From the NCBI GenBank assembly GCA_002269645.1, contig NIVC01000921.1, positions 1 through 64,000 on the forward strand: a stretch of DNA of 64,000 nucleotides, written 5' to 3'. This DNA comes from Macrostomum lignano. Taxonomy: Eukaryota. The position numbers were made by a program, and so were the translations under genes. Below the pieces are notes generated by a model. The model was not told where the DNA came from. It was given only the letters and a program-made list of their open reading frames with translations, and did not search any database. Shown here piece after piece: positions 1-11,739 of this stretch. The first letter of the stretch is position 1; each line of letters starts with the position of its first letter.

Positions 1-190
1 TCCTTCCTTCAGTGAGGTGCTTCCTTGGTCCTTCAGTGGGGTGCTTCCTTGGTCCTTCAGTGGGGTGCTTCCTTGGTCGTTTAATGGGATGCTTCCTTGG
101 TCCTTCCTTCAGTGGGGTGCTTCCTTGGTCCTTCAGTGGGGTGCTTCCTTGGTCCTTCAGTGGGTGCTTCCTTGATCCTTCAGTGGGGTG
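1..190. repeat. 24-bp minisatellite (CCTTCAGTGGGGTGCTTCCTTGGT), intronic
   Basis: Tandem copies visible directly. Confidence 0.9.
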
Positions 191-212
191 TTAAGTGAGC
201 AGTGACTCTCAG

Positions 213-2410
213 AGCGTCCAGTTGCACTTCAATGCCCCGCCCCGCAGCCGGAGAACCGTGAACTACTGCAGCGCATGGTGAACCAGCGAGACGCCAAGCG
301 AGGCTACACCTGCCTAATTGCAGCCCTGCTAAAGTACCTCAATGTGTTTGTTGCGCCGCGAAACTCTGCCGAAAATAAGGTAGTTAATTCTGCGTATTTT
401 CAAGTCATTCACTTCAAATTTATTAACTTTTTATAATCGCTTTCTCACCTCGCCTCTCATGCAGCTGTCAATGTCAAACTGCGGTCTGAAGTTTATCAAA
501 CTGCTGTTGGAGCTCGGAGCCGATCCTGGCATCGCGGTGAAACCGGAGAACTACAAACCTGCCGCTGGTGTGTTCTCAAATATAGTGCATCTTCAGTGTC
601 TATCTTCCTAGTTTCCTTGCTTCCTCACCTAGCTCCATTCGTTCTTGGATCTGTTTGATTATCAGTAATTGATAGCTCCTAATACCTTCTAATACCTCAG
701 TCTATGAGTCACCAATCTGTAAAATCTGACACCCAGCTGTACAAATCTGACACTCAGCTGTACAAATCTCTGAGACACAGCTGTACAAATCTCTGACACC
801 CAGCTGTACAAATCTCTGACACCCAGCTGTACAAATCTCTGACACCCAGCTGTACAAATCTCTGACACCCAGCTGTACAAATCTCTGACACCCAGCTGTA
901 CAAATCTCTGACACCCAGCTGTACAAATCTCTAACACACAGCTGTACAAATCTCTGACACCCCTCGCCCATCAGCCAACAGATTCTCCGCCCCTCGCCGC
1001 GGCCGCTCCGCCTGCTACTCGTCGGCCTTCCTGGCCGATCGCCGGGGCGCCAGGGCTCCCCTATCGCCTGGCGACACCGCCCTGCTGGTTGCCGGCACGG
1101 CCGCTAAATACGATTCGGCCGATGCCTGGAAGCCGTGCTGGCCGGCCATCGGCCTCCATAGCCGCTCTGAACGCCTATCAGAGCTCCGGCCGGACTGTCC
1201 TACAGGAGCTGGTGCTGGCCCGCCATCTGGAGCCGGCTGTCCGAATCCTGGTGCGCTCAGGAGCCGATGTTAGCGCCCCGTCGCGTAGCGTGACCGACCG
1301 CGGCGAGACCTGCCTGATGTCGGCTGTGCGTCTGCTGCACTCGGAGCAGCCGGCCGATGATGCTTCTGAGCAGCAGCCGGTGCTGGCCACGGTGAAGCTC
1401 CTGCTAGAGAACGGAGCTCCACTGAGCGCCGCCGAGGACCGACTTGGCAACACGGCGCTGCACCTGTTGGCCTGCTCGCCTAAACGGACACTCGAGCTGG
1501 AATCTGTGCTGGACGAACTGCTTCGGCATGCCAGTCCGGATTTGGTTAATGCGGCCAATGGTCAGGGCCGGACTGCGCTGCATCTGGCTGTGAACTATTC
1601 TCACCTGTCTGGTAAGGGTGCTGTTTTCCTAGAACTATTCTCACCTGTCTGGTTAGGGTGCTGTTTTCCTAGAACTATTCTCACCTGTCTGGTAAGGGTG
1701 CTGTTTTCCTAGAACTATTCTCATCTGCGACTTTTGTATAGCTCCCTTATAATTCAGGTCAATATTAACTCAAATTTCAGTGCACCTTCTAATATCTCAA
1801 ATATAAATAATATCACCATAAAATTCATAATTCCCATAATTCCCTAGGCAACTCATCCACGGAGGTGGAGGACCGCCTCCTCGGAGCGGGCGCGGATCCC
1901 ACAGTCTTGGACTGCCGCAGCCGCACGGCTCTGCACTACGCATTTGTGAAGATTGGGCAGCACGACCAGACGGCTCACATCGATCCCATCCAGGTGGTGT
2001 CCACCCTGTGCGCCGAGACCAATGTTGAGCACATGGACCGGTCCGACAGATGGGGCGCCACGCCTATGCACTATGCGGCTGTGCGAGGCTCCGCAGTGTC
2101 CATTGTGTTTATGAATGAGGTGACTGAGTGCATTGTTATTGTACTATAATAATAATACTAGTGTGTTTTAATGACTCACCTTCTACTGTGTTCAATTTGT
2201 ATTGCAGCTTGGCATCAAGACTGACACGGCCAGGGCTGATGGCAACACGCCGCTGACGCTGGCAGCCATGTCCGGCCATCAGAAGTGAGCAGATTCTGTT
2301 GCATCTTATGTCTGTCTGTCTGTCTGCCTGCCTGTCTGTCTGCCTGTCTGTCTGCCTGTATGTCTGTCTGCCTGTCTCTGTGTGTCTGTCTGTCTGTCTG
2401 TCTGTCTGTT

Positions 2411-2454
<44 letters not shown>

Positions 2455-2522
2455 CCTGTCTTTCTGTCTGTCTGTCTGTCCGTCTGTCTGTCTGTCTGTC
2501 TTTCTGTTTGTCTTTCTGTCTA

Positions 2523-2609
<87 letters not shown>

Positions 2610-2610
2610 T

Positions 2611-2645
<35 letters not shown>

Positions 2646-2692
2646 GCCTGTCTGTGTCTGTCTGTCTGTCTGTCTGTCTGCCTGCCTGTCTG

Positions 2693-2771
<79 letters not shown>

Positions 2772-5700
2772 CTGTCTGTCTGTCTTTCTGTTTGTCTGCC
2801 TGCCTGCCTGCCTGTCTGTCCGTCTGTCCGTCTGTCTGTCTGTCTGTCTGTCTGTCTGCCTGTCTGCCTGCCTGTCCGTCTGTCTGTCTGTCTGTCTGTC
2901 TGTCTGCCTGTCTGCCTGCCTGTCTGTCTGTCTGTCTGTCTGTCTATCCCACAGCACAAACCAGCACTGATAACCTGTATGTATGACCCGTTCCACTCCG
3001 CAGCGCGATGGTGAGCCTGCTGCAGCTGGGCAGCCGGCTGACAGTCCCAGTGTCGCTGCCGCTACAGCCGCAGCCGGCCCTGGACTATCAGTGGCTGCCA
3101 GCCAAGCTAACGGCTCAGTCTAAAGCCGGCTCTGTTCGCGAATGGCCTCTGTTGGAATTTGCGCTCAGAAAGAATTGGGAAGGCATCGCCTATATTATTG
3201 TGGACAAGCTGCTGCAGTCTGAGCCTTTCTTTTCCATTCTAACTGTAAGTTTTTTGTTCAAGTGTATGAGGTATTGATGACCAGCTGCAATAATGGGGCT
3301 ATTGTTAGTGAGGATAGATAAGCTCTTCTCATCATGGGTAGATAAGCTCTTCTCATCATGGGTAGATAAGCTCTTCTCATTATGGGTAGATTATTTTACT
3401 AAGTTTATTAAGAATACTATTTGATGTAGCAAAACTTTGCAGAGCTGCATCCGCTCATTCAATTATCATTTCGTGTTCGCTTTGATGCGCCGCCATCCGA
3501 CCAAGTCCCTATCGGATCCGCAGCACCGGTCCACTTTGCTGCACGTGCTGGCTAAAGCCGGCGAGACTAATTCAAATTTTGACTTGCAGTTTAAGGTATG
3601 TGGTTTGCTCCTTTGTGTAAGGGTTCGATGAGAGGGTGAGCGGTGAAGGGTCAGGGGGAGGGATGAAGGGTCAGGGGGGAGGGATGAAGGGTCAGGGGGA
3701 GGGATGGAGGGTCAGAGGGTGAGGGATGGAGGGTCAGAGGGTGAGGGATGGAGGGTCAGAGGGTGAGGGATGAAGGGTCAGAGGGTGAGGGATGGAGGGT
3801 CAGAGGGTGAGGGATGAAGGGTCAGAGGGTGAGGGATGGAGGGTCAGAGGGTGAGGGATGGAGGGTCAGGGGTGAGAAATGAAGGGTCAGGGGTAAGAAC
3901 GTGAGATGTATTGAGGAGTGATGTTGAATAGGATAATACAGTGTAAGTAGGGGATTAAAGCGTATAAACTGATCAGAGTAGCTGACAGGCCAGAGAGGCC
4001 CAAGTTGAGGTACGTGGCAGGGTGGAGCAGAGTTTACAGCTACACGCAACTATCTCGGCCTCCGCCAGCTGTTGTCGCTGCTAACAGAGAAGGGCGTGTC
4101 GGCTACGGCCAAGGATGCCCGGGGCGGCCTGCCGATCACCTACGCCTGTCTGCGCGGGCACTACAAGCTGGCACAGGAGCTGCTCAGGCTGAAACTGTGC
4201 CAGTCATCCGCGATTGACGGAATGGGTCGCAATCTGCTGTCAGCCACTTTCTGGTCCTATCCGGCCTATTCTGAATCTTTAAAGTAAGAGATAAGAAGTT
4301 GAACTGCGTTTATTAGAGTTCTCGAGATTTCGAATTTCTTGGGTTTCTCGAGTTCTGCCCGTTCTTCTCAATCCTGAGCACGCACTCATACACGCGCTCA
4401 CACAGGGTGTACAGTGGCCCTGACTTTCTATTCGTCAGACATGTACACTCTCTGTGCCTTTGGACTAGTAGTATGAGAATTAGTATCGATCTTTTTCAAT
4501 TATTAAAACTAGTTTCCAATCCAGATTCTGCTTTTTTAAAGTCCACGACTCTGCGCCTATATAATAATCGTGCGCACGTTTCTGCCTGTTGCCAATCCCT
4601 CAGTGACTGGCTGTCAACCCTGTGCTCGTACAGCTGGGTGAACATGAACAGCCAGATCGAGCTGCCGGTGTACACGGAGCTGTGGCACCTGGAGTCCAGC
4701 CTGCCGCCCGTAGACTATTTCAACCGATCGGCCGAATCTGCTGACATCAAATTCCGCTCGGTGACTCCGCTATTCGTCGCCATCTACCGGCACGACTTCC
4801 GTCTGGCCAGGGCGTTGCTGCTGACTCACCGAGCCGACGTCAACTCCAAGACGTCCGTGGCCGGGCGCACCCCGCTTATGGAATGCGTCGTATTTAACGA
4901 TGAAGACCTAGTCCGGCTGATGCTCGACCACGACTATAAGCCAAAGTCCATGATGTCGGCGGATGAGCAGCTTCGCAGGCGGCGGCAACGGCAGTCGCCA
5001 TCGGCTTTCGGTTTGCCAGTTGAATTGGACGACGATGCCGTACAATCGGCCGAGGCTGCCAGCGACTATGACGGCGGCGACACCGACTCGGTGGATGACG
5101 ATAGCGACGATTCGGACGGCGATCCCGAGTTCAGGCCGGATGCGAGCTCCGAGCAGGTGAGCCAGTCTCTGCGGAACTGCTTATTGCTTGCATGCTCGTA
5201 GGTTATTAAAGTAGTGAGACTAGCATGAGAATGGGCGAGACTAGTATGGGAATGGTTGAGACTAGTATGGGAATCCGTGAGACTAGTATGGGAATGGGTG
5301 AGACTAGTATGAGAATGGGTGAGACTAGTATGGGAATCGGTGAGACTAGTATGGGAATGGGTGAGACTAGTATGGGAATGGGTGAGACTAGTATGGGAAT
5401 GGGTGAGACTAGTATGGGAATGGGTGAGACTAACATGAGAATGGGTGAGACTAGTATGAGAATGGGCGAGACTAGTATGAGAATGGGTGAGACTAGTATG
5501 CGAATGGGTGAGACTAGTATGGGAATCGGTGAGACTAGCATGAGAATGGGTGAGACTAGTATGAGAATGGGTGAGACTAGTATGGGAATGGGTGAGACTA
5601 GTATGGGAATCGGTGAGACTAGTATGGGAATGGGTGAGACTAGTATGAGAATGGGTGAGACTAGTATGAGAATGGGTGAGACTAGTACGAGAATGGGTGA

Positions 5701-8700
5701 GACTAGCATGAGAATGGGTGAGACTAGTATGAGAATGAGCGAGACTAGTATGAGAATGAGTGAGACTAGCGATGCTATAGAATGCAAATGAGTGAGATAT
5801 CGAAGGATTGAGATTGAGACAAATATGAGAACACTCGTATGTCACATTGGCAATACCGAAGCCATTTAGCACTTCTCTATCGCAACCAATCAGCTTCGCG
5901 GAATTCGTTCGTCGCCAAAGAAGCGGCCGAAGAAAACGGCGGCCGGCGCCGGCCCGGCCGCTAAGCCTCGCCTTCGCCGCCAGCGTACCACCCTGCGCCA
6001 GCAGTGCGCCTTCGCCAGAGACTACACGTCTCAGGCCAAGACTAGCTCGGCCAATCTGCGCCTGCCCGACTCGGCCGGCCGCGGCCTACTCGATTACGTC
6101 ATTGATCCTTGGCCGGGCGTTGCTCACGATAATTGGCGCATATTTCTGCTTCTAGTAGACGCCGGCTGTACTATTCACCCAACATTTGACAGCCTGCTGC
6201 AGCTGGCGCTGGATAAGTCCGCCTCCAGGATTGCTCGCCTGCTGCAATTGAAACGGCGCGTACCGTTTGCCGATTGGCGCTATCCGCTGGTTGGCGCCGG
6301 CGCCGCCGCTCTGCAATCGGCGCCTTGCCGGCATCCGGCGAGGCCGCTGCCGCCCGACTGGGACGTCGCTACTGACGCCGCCGCGGAGCGAGCCGTTCTG
6401 GCTAAACAAGTCGGCGACAATGCCGGAGCTGCCGCCGGGTCTGGCGTCGGAGCAGGAGGTGGCGCTAGCGACGGCGCGAATCGTCGGGAGGATCGGTATC
6501 GGCCGAGGCCGGACAAGCGCTGCCGGGTGGCCAAAGTTGAGCTGGTCTGGGACGAGCGGTTCGCGCCGGCTAAACCGTTCACAGCTCTGCTCAGCCGCAT
6601 CGATGTTGGCTGCAGCCTGTCTGGCCTGTACAATTTCTATAAGTTGCAGGTGGGCTTTCTTTGCTGTGTTTATTTGGTTGACTGCCTACCTCACCCTTCT
6701 CCCGGTGTCTCCCTCTCACTCCGGTGTCCCTCTCACCTCTGGTGTCTCCCTATCACTCCGGTGTCCCTCTCACCTCTGGTGTCTCCCTATCACTCCGGTG
6801 TCTCCCTCACCCATGGTGTCTCCCTCTCACCATTCTCCCGGTATCTCCCTCTCACTCCGGTGTCTCCCTCACCCATGGTGTCTCCCTCTCACCATTCTCC
6901 CGGTATCTCCCTCTCACTCCAGTGTCTCCCTCACCCATGGTGTCTCCCTCTCACCATTCTCCCGGTATCTCCCTCTCACTCCGGTGTCTCCCTCACCCAT
7001 GGTGTCTCCCTCACCCATGGAGTCTCCCTCTCATCGTTCTCCCATTGTCTCCCTCGTAGCACTGGTGTCTCCCTCACCCATAGAGTCTCCCTCTCATCCT
7101 TCTCCCATTGTCTCCCTCGTAGCACTGGTGTCTCCCTCTCACCCCGGTGTCTCCATCTCACCCCTGGTGTCTCCTTCTCACCCTGGTGTATCCCTCTCAC
7201 CCCGGTGTCCTCCTCTCACCCCTGGTGTCTCCCTCTCACCCCAGTGTCCCCCTCTTACCCCTGGTGTCTCCTCTTCCCACGGTGTCTCACATCTTCCCAC
7301 GGTATCTCACATCTTCCCACGGTGTCGCACATCTTCCCACGGTGTCTCACATCTTCCCACGGTGTCTCACATCTTCCCACGGTGTCTCACATCTTCCCAC
7401 GGTGTCTCACCATTTTCCAGCTGTGTCTCCTTTCGCCCCCTATCGCAGGTTCGATATGCACACATTCACCATCACCCTCCTCATTCATTAACTGCAGTTG
7501 CTACGCCAGCGCGGCTGCAATTTTTACCTGCTATTCACGTGCTGGGGCCGCATCGGCGACACGGGCCAATACCAGACTACTCCCTTCCCCAGCCGGGCTG
7601 AGGCTGTCAAAGAATTCGAGAAAGTATTCCGCTCCAAAACTGGCAATCGTTGGATCGATCTTGATAAATTTGAGACCAGACAGCGCAAATACAGCCTGGT
7701 GCAGCTGGACTCTATGCGGCTGCAGCCGCGACTGCACAGCCTGCCAGTCAGCCTGGACACCCGGCTGCCGCACGAGCTGCCAGACCGGCTGGCTGACCTC
7801 ATGCGAGACCTGGTGCGTGCCAAGGGGAGGTTGGCGGAGTAGCTCAGCTAAATCGGGGGGGGGGCACGTGATCTGGAGTTGATTCATTTTAGTAGCTACT
7901 TACAGTAGCATAAATAGAAAGGGGTTGTAGCCTAGTGGTATAGAGCGTCGGATACGGGACTTGAATGTCGGGGGTTCGATTCCCGATTCCACTCGGAACA
8001 ATTTGTGTCCTTGAGCAAGACACATAACTCTGCATTGCTTCAGTTCACCCAGTTGTAAAATGGGTGCCAGCATTAGTTGCGGTAATTGAGGGTGTGTGTG
8101 GCGACCCTGACCCCCCCCAGTCCTTGGACTGAACAGCCGTACGCTGCGGCTGAGCTGTCGGTTGCACGTCTGCCTATTAGGGCAGGTGTAATCAATTATT
8201 ATTACAAAATGGAAGAATAGTCTATACATTTTGTTTTTTGAATTTGTTTGTTTCAAATTAAAATCTGCACACTCCTCCCGCCGCGATAGCTGAACCCCAA
8301 GATGCTGATACGCAGTTTCGCTCGCTGCTCTGGCGAAGAGGGTCGCCTGGCTTTCGGCCGAGTGCCGCAGGAGTCCCTAGTCAAGGCGGCGAATCTGCTG
8401 CAGAAGATTTAGTGAGTTGTATTTGCGAAACTGATTCACTATGGGGGCACATTAGTATCACTTTTAATGCTCTATTAATCCCAATCTTCTCCTATGCAGC
8501 GTTTTGGCCTCGGAAGTTCGCAAGCAATTGAAAAAGCCGAAAGAGCTGGACATTAACGAGTGCACTGAAAAGTCTAGACAGGTAAGTCAGTACGTTGTTG
8601 TTTTACTCATTTTGCTTGCTTTTGTCGTGTCTTTACTTTCTTGATAACTGTCTGGTTCTGCTACGAGTATTAGGTTGTATCGATTAGGCTTTGAGCCTTG

Positions 8701-11700
8701 GCTCAACTTTTGGTCAAGGTCAAATCAGGTAAATTTACGAGTAATTTCAAAGTCAAATCAGGTCAATTTCAGGTCAAGGTCAAATCAGGTCAATTTAATT
8801 TCAAGGTCAAATCAGGTTAATTTCAGGCCAAGGTCAATTCAAGGTCAAGGTCAAATGAGGTCGATTTCAGGAAAAGATCGAATCAGGTCAATTTTAGGTC
8901 AATGTCAAAGCTATTAGTACACATTGTATCAAGGTCAAGAGGTCAAGGTTGGGTCAAGGTCAAATCAGGTTCAGTTTATATTAAGGTCAAATCGGGTCAT
9001 GTTAAAGTCAAGGTCATATCTACGCTCGTAGTAGTAGACATGTTTACTGAATTCCGCAGATGAAAATCCTGATTTTCAGTCTAATTAGCGATCTGTAATT
9101 ATAATACTCGTAAACAGTTTTACACACCATGACCTTCTTCCGCAGCTGGCCGAGCTCACAAACCAGTACTATCAGCTGGTGCCACAGACCGGTTTCGAAT
9201 TCGAAGCGATCGAGCCGCTACTATCGTCAGACCATTTGGACGCTCAGCAGGCATTCATCACTAATTTGGCCGAGCTGCAGACAGCCTGTCAGATTTTGTT
9301 GGCTTCGGCGCGCAGACGGCACACGGTGCACCCGTTTGACTACGCGTACAGGGCCACCGCCTGCGATATTAGTGCACTGGGCGAGGCCGACACTGTGGCT
9401 CAGGTTATACTCAGGTATAATATTTAGCAAATAATTGACTCCTTTGGCTTTGACTATGACCGTCATGAGTATTGGTCATTGACTATGACCCTAGAATCGG
9501 TCATTGACCATGACCCTAGAATCGGTCATTGACCATGACCCTAGAATCGGTCATTGACTATGACCCTAGAATCGGTCATTGACCATGACCCTAGAATCGG
9601 TCATTGACTATGACCCTAGAATCGGTCATTGACTATGACCCTAGAATCTGTCATTGACTATGACCCTAGAATCTGTCATTGACCATGACCCTAGAATCGG
9701 TCATTGACTATGATCCTAGAATCGGTCATTGACGATGACCCTAGAATCTGTCATTGACTATGACCCTAGAATCTGTCATTGACCATGACCCTAGAATCGG
9801 TCATTGACTATGACCCTAGAATCGGTCATTGACTATGACCCTAGAATCTGTCATTGACCATGACCCTAGAATCGGTCATTGACTATGACCCTAGAATCTG
9901 TCATTGACTATGACCCTAGAATCGGTCATTGACTATGACCCTAGAATCTGTCATTGACTATGACCCTAGAATCTGTCATTGACCATGACCCTAGAATCGG
10001 TCATTGACTATGATACTAGAATCTGTCATTGACTATGATCCTAGAATCGGTCATTGACTATGACCCTAGAATCGGTCATTGACTATGACCCTAGAATCTG
10101 TCATTGACTATGACCCTAGAATCGGTCATTGACTATGACCCTAGAATCTGTCATTGACCATGACCCTAGAATCGGTCATTGACTATGACCCTAGAATCGG
10201 TCATTGACTATGACCCTAGAATCGGTCATTGACTATGACCCTAGAATCGGTCATTAACTATGATACTAATGAGGATTAGTCATTGACTATGACCCTAGAA
10301 TCATACTCAATGACTATTTCATAGACTATGAGACTTGTATCGCATATTGTTACACTTTGCTACGAATCGCAGGTACATGAGCACCGTGCCAGATGCTCGC
10401 GTCACCGGCATCTACGAGCTCTGCCGCCACGCCGATCTGGACGCAGCTGCAGCCGCGGCAGCGGCCGCCTCGTCTTCCGGATCCGCCGTTGCATTCGGTC
10501 AGCGCAAACTCCTCTGGCACGGCACCTCCGTTGGCAACGCCCTGTCAATCCTGCATCACGGCCTGCTGCTGGCTCCGCCGTACGTCTCTCGGGTTGGCCG
10601 GGCATTCGGCCGCGGCCTCTACTTTGCCGACGTGTTCGCCAAGAGCGTCGCCTACTGCCGGAACGAGGCCGGCCCCGGTTCCGGCCGCCAGTGCCTGTTC
10701 GCCTTCCTGGCCGAGGTTGACCTCACTGACTGCCAGGTGATCCCTCATTCTCACCTTTTTATATTTTTATCGCCCCCACTTATTTAATCTCATACGGAGA
10801 CACTTATATCAAACCATAATCTCACCTGTGCCGGGATAATTGCTCCCACTATCAAAGCCATTAACTCACCTGTGCCGGGATAATTGCTCCCACTATCAAA
10901 GCCATTAACTCACCTGTGCCGGGATAATTGCTCCCACTATCAAAGCCATTAACTCACCTGTGCCGGGATAATTGCTCCCACTATCAAAGCCATTAACTCA
11001 CCTGTGCCGGGATGATTGCTCCCACTATCAAAGCCATTAACTCACCTGTGCCGGGATAATTGCTCCCACTATCAAAGCCATAAGCTCACCTGTGCCGGGA
11101 TAATTGCTCCCACTATCAAAGCCATAAGCTCACCTGTGCCGGGATGATTGCTCTTTCTATCAAAGCCATTAACTCACCTCTGCCGAAATAATTGCCCCCG
11201 CCCTTAAAAAACCCACCTGTGAATGTTAATACGCCCAATCTCACCTGTCCCTAGTAAAATTTATTGTTTTCCCAAACTGCTCATCTGTCAAGGTGGACTG
11301 GCGTGGTTCCCTGGGCAAAGCGGAACAGCAGGACGGCGCCTCATCCGAGGACAGCGATGACGATGCCGATGACGACGGCGCCGGTGCGAATGCCGACGGC
11401 GAGCAGCCGCCTGTGCGTCACGTGATGGGCGCCAAGGTGCCCTCGCCAACCGGCGATCTGCTGTTGCAGCGCCTCGGCGGCGTTATCACCCCTCTAGGCG
11501 AGCTGGCTTCGCCCCAGCCGCCGCCGGGCAAATGCGTGAGCTACACCTATCGCCTGCTGCCCCACTCCGAGTACATTGTTAGCGACGAGACCCGGGTTCG
11601 AATCCGCTATCTGGTTCGGTTCCAACTGGGTAGCCAGGGCGACAGTCGGGACGGCGAGGAAGAGACGGAAGATGACGAAGAGGACGACAGGGCGGATCAG

Positions 11701-11739
11701 GATGGCGACGGCGACGATGACGATACCAGCGATTATTAA
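213..11739 (+). CDS. Ankyrin-repeat / WGR / PARP-regulatory / PARP-catalytic protein (PME-5/tank-1-like 'tankyrase-like' PARP); 5' end lies upstream of the window
   Basis: Exons 213-379, 465-567, 982(or 975)-1611, 1848-2119, 2208-2284, 3004-3244, 3443-3595, 4069-4283, 4604-5156, 5894-6649, 7498-7812, 8290-8411, 8500-8581, 9146-9414, 10373-10736, 11293-11739. All junctions are GT-AG and phase-compatible (~1,590 codons). Ankyrin motifs: GNTALHLLA, GRTALHLAV, GATPMHYAA, GNTPLTLAA, GRTPLMECV. WGR domain: NFYKLQ...LFTCWGRIGDTGQ...EFEKVFRSKTGNRW. Regulatory domain: LAELTNQYYQLVP, HPFDYAY. Catalytic domain: LLWHGT, FGRGLYFAD, AKSVAY, HSEYIV...IRYLVRF. AATAAA near 11874. Confidence 0.9.
721..960. repeat. 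23-bp minisatellite (CTGACACCCAGCTGTACAAATCT), intronic
   Basis: About 10 tandem copies. Confidence 0.9.
1592..1727. repeat. 40-bp repeat spanning an exon end and splice donor
   Basis: GAACTATTCTCACCTGTCTG|GTAAGGGTGCTGTTTTCCTA x3 plus a partial copy. Confidence 0.9.
2308..2945. repeat. (TCTG)n microsatellite, intronic
   Basis: Direct reading. The same class occurs at 14345-14775, 51313-51990 (as CAGA) and 63335-63570. Confidence 0.95.
3640..3890. repeat. 22-bp minisatellite (GAGGGTGAGGGATGGAGGGTCA), intronic
   Basis: Tandem copies. Confidence 0.85.
5212..5772. repeat. 21-bp minisatellite (GAGACTAGTATGGGAATGGGT), intronic
   Basis: About 26 tandem copies. Confidence 0.95.
6680..7410. repeat. 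Composite pyrimidine-rich minisatellite (GGTGTCTCCCTCTCAC-type units, then 20-bp CTTCCCACGGTGTCTCACAT), intronic
   Basis: Tandem copies inside the intron that splits the WGR domain. Confidence 0.85.
7921..8203 (+). mobile_element. tRNA-derived SINE with CORE-like central domain, copy 1 (in PARP intron)
   Basis: A box (TAGCCTAGTGG) and B box (GGTTCGATTCC), then GTGTCCTTGAGCAAGACACATAACTC...CAGTTCACCCAGTTGTAAAATGGG resembling the MIR/CORE domain, and an AT-rich tail. A highly similar second copy is at 42064. Confidence 0.8.
8700..9020. repeat. Degenerate (TCAAGGTCAAATCAGG)-type repeat, intronic
   Basis: Repeated AGGTCA-containing units. Confidence 0.75.
9485..10310. repeat. 25-bp minisatellite (TGACCCTAGAATCGGTCATTGACTA), intronic
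   Basis: More than 30 tandem copies. Confidence 0.95.
10818..11195. repeat. 44-bp minisatellite (CTCACCTGTGCCGGGATAATTGCTCCCACTATCAAAGCCATTAA), intronic
   Basis: About 8 tandem copies. Confidence 0.95.

Noticed and set aside
2285-3014. Long ORFs such as SVCLSVCL/RQTDRQTD (also 5066-5872, 14341-14903, 15482-16032, 18427-19403, 22116-23308, 30290-30926, 31471-32595, 37082-37677, 40147-40810, 45178-45636, 51290-52001)
   Set aside because: Stop-free translations of micro/minisatellites or low-complexity tracts, mostly lying inside introns defined by good splice sites.
7921-7995. tRNA genes at 7921 and 42064
   Set aside because: The anticodon arms pair poorly and both continue into the same ~200-bp body, so they are SINE heads.
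213-11739. Calling the PARP a tankyrase (TNKS) orthologue
   Set aside because: No SAM domain, WGR and regulatory domains are present, and the D-loop is PARP1-like.
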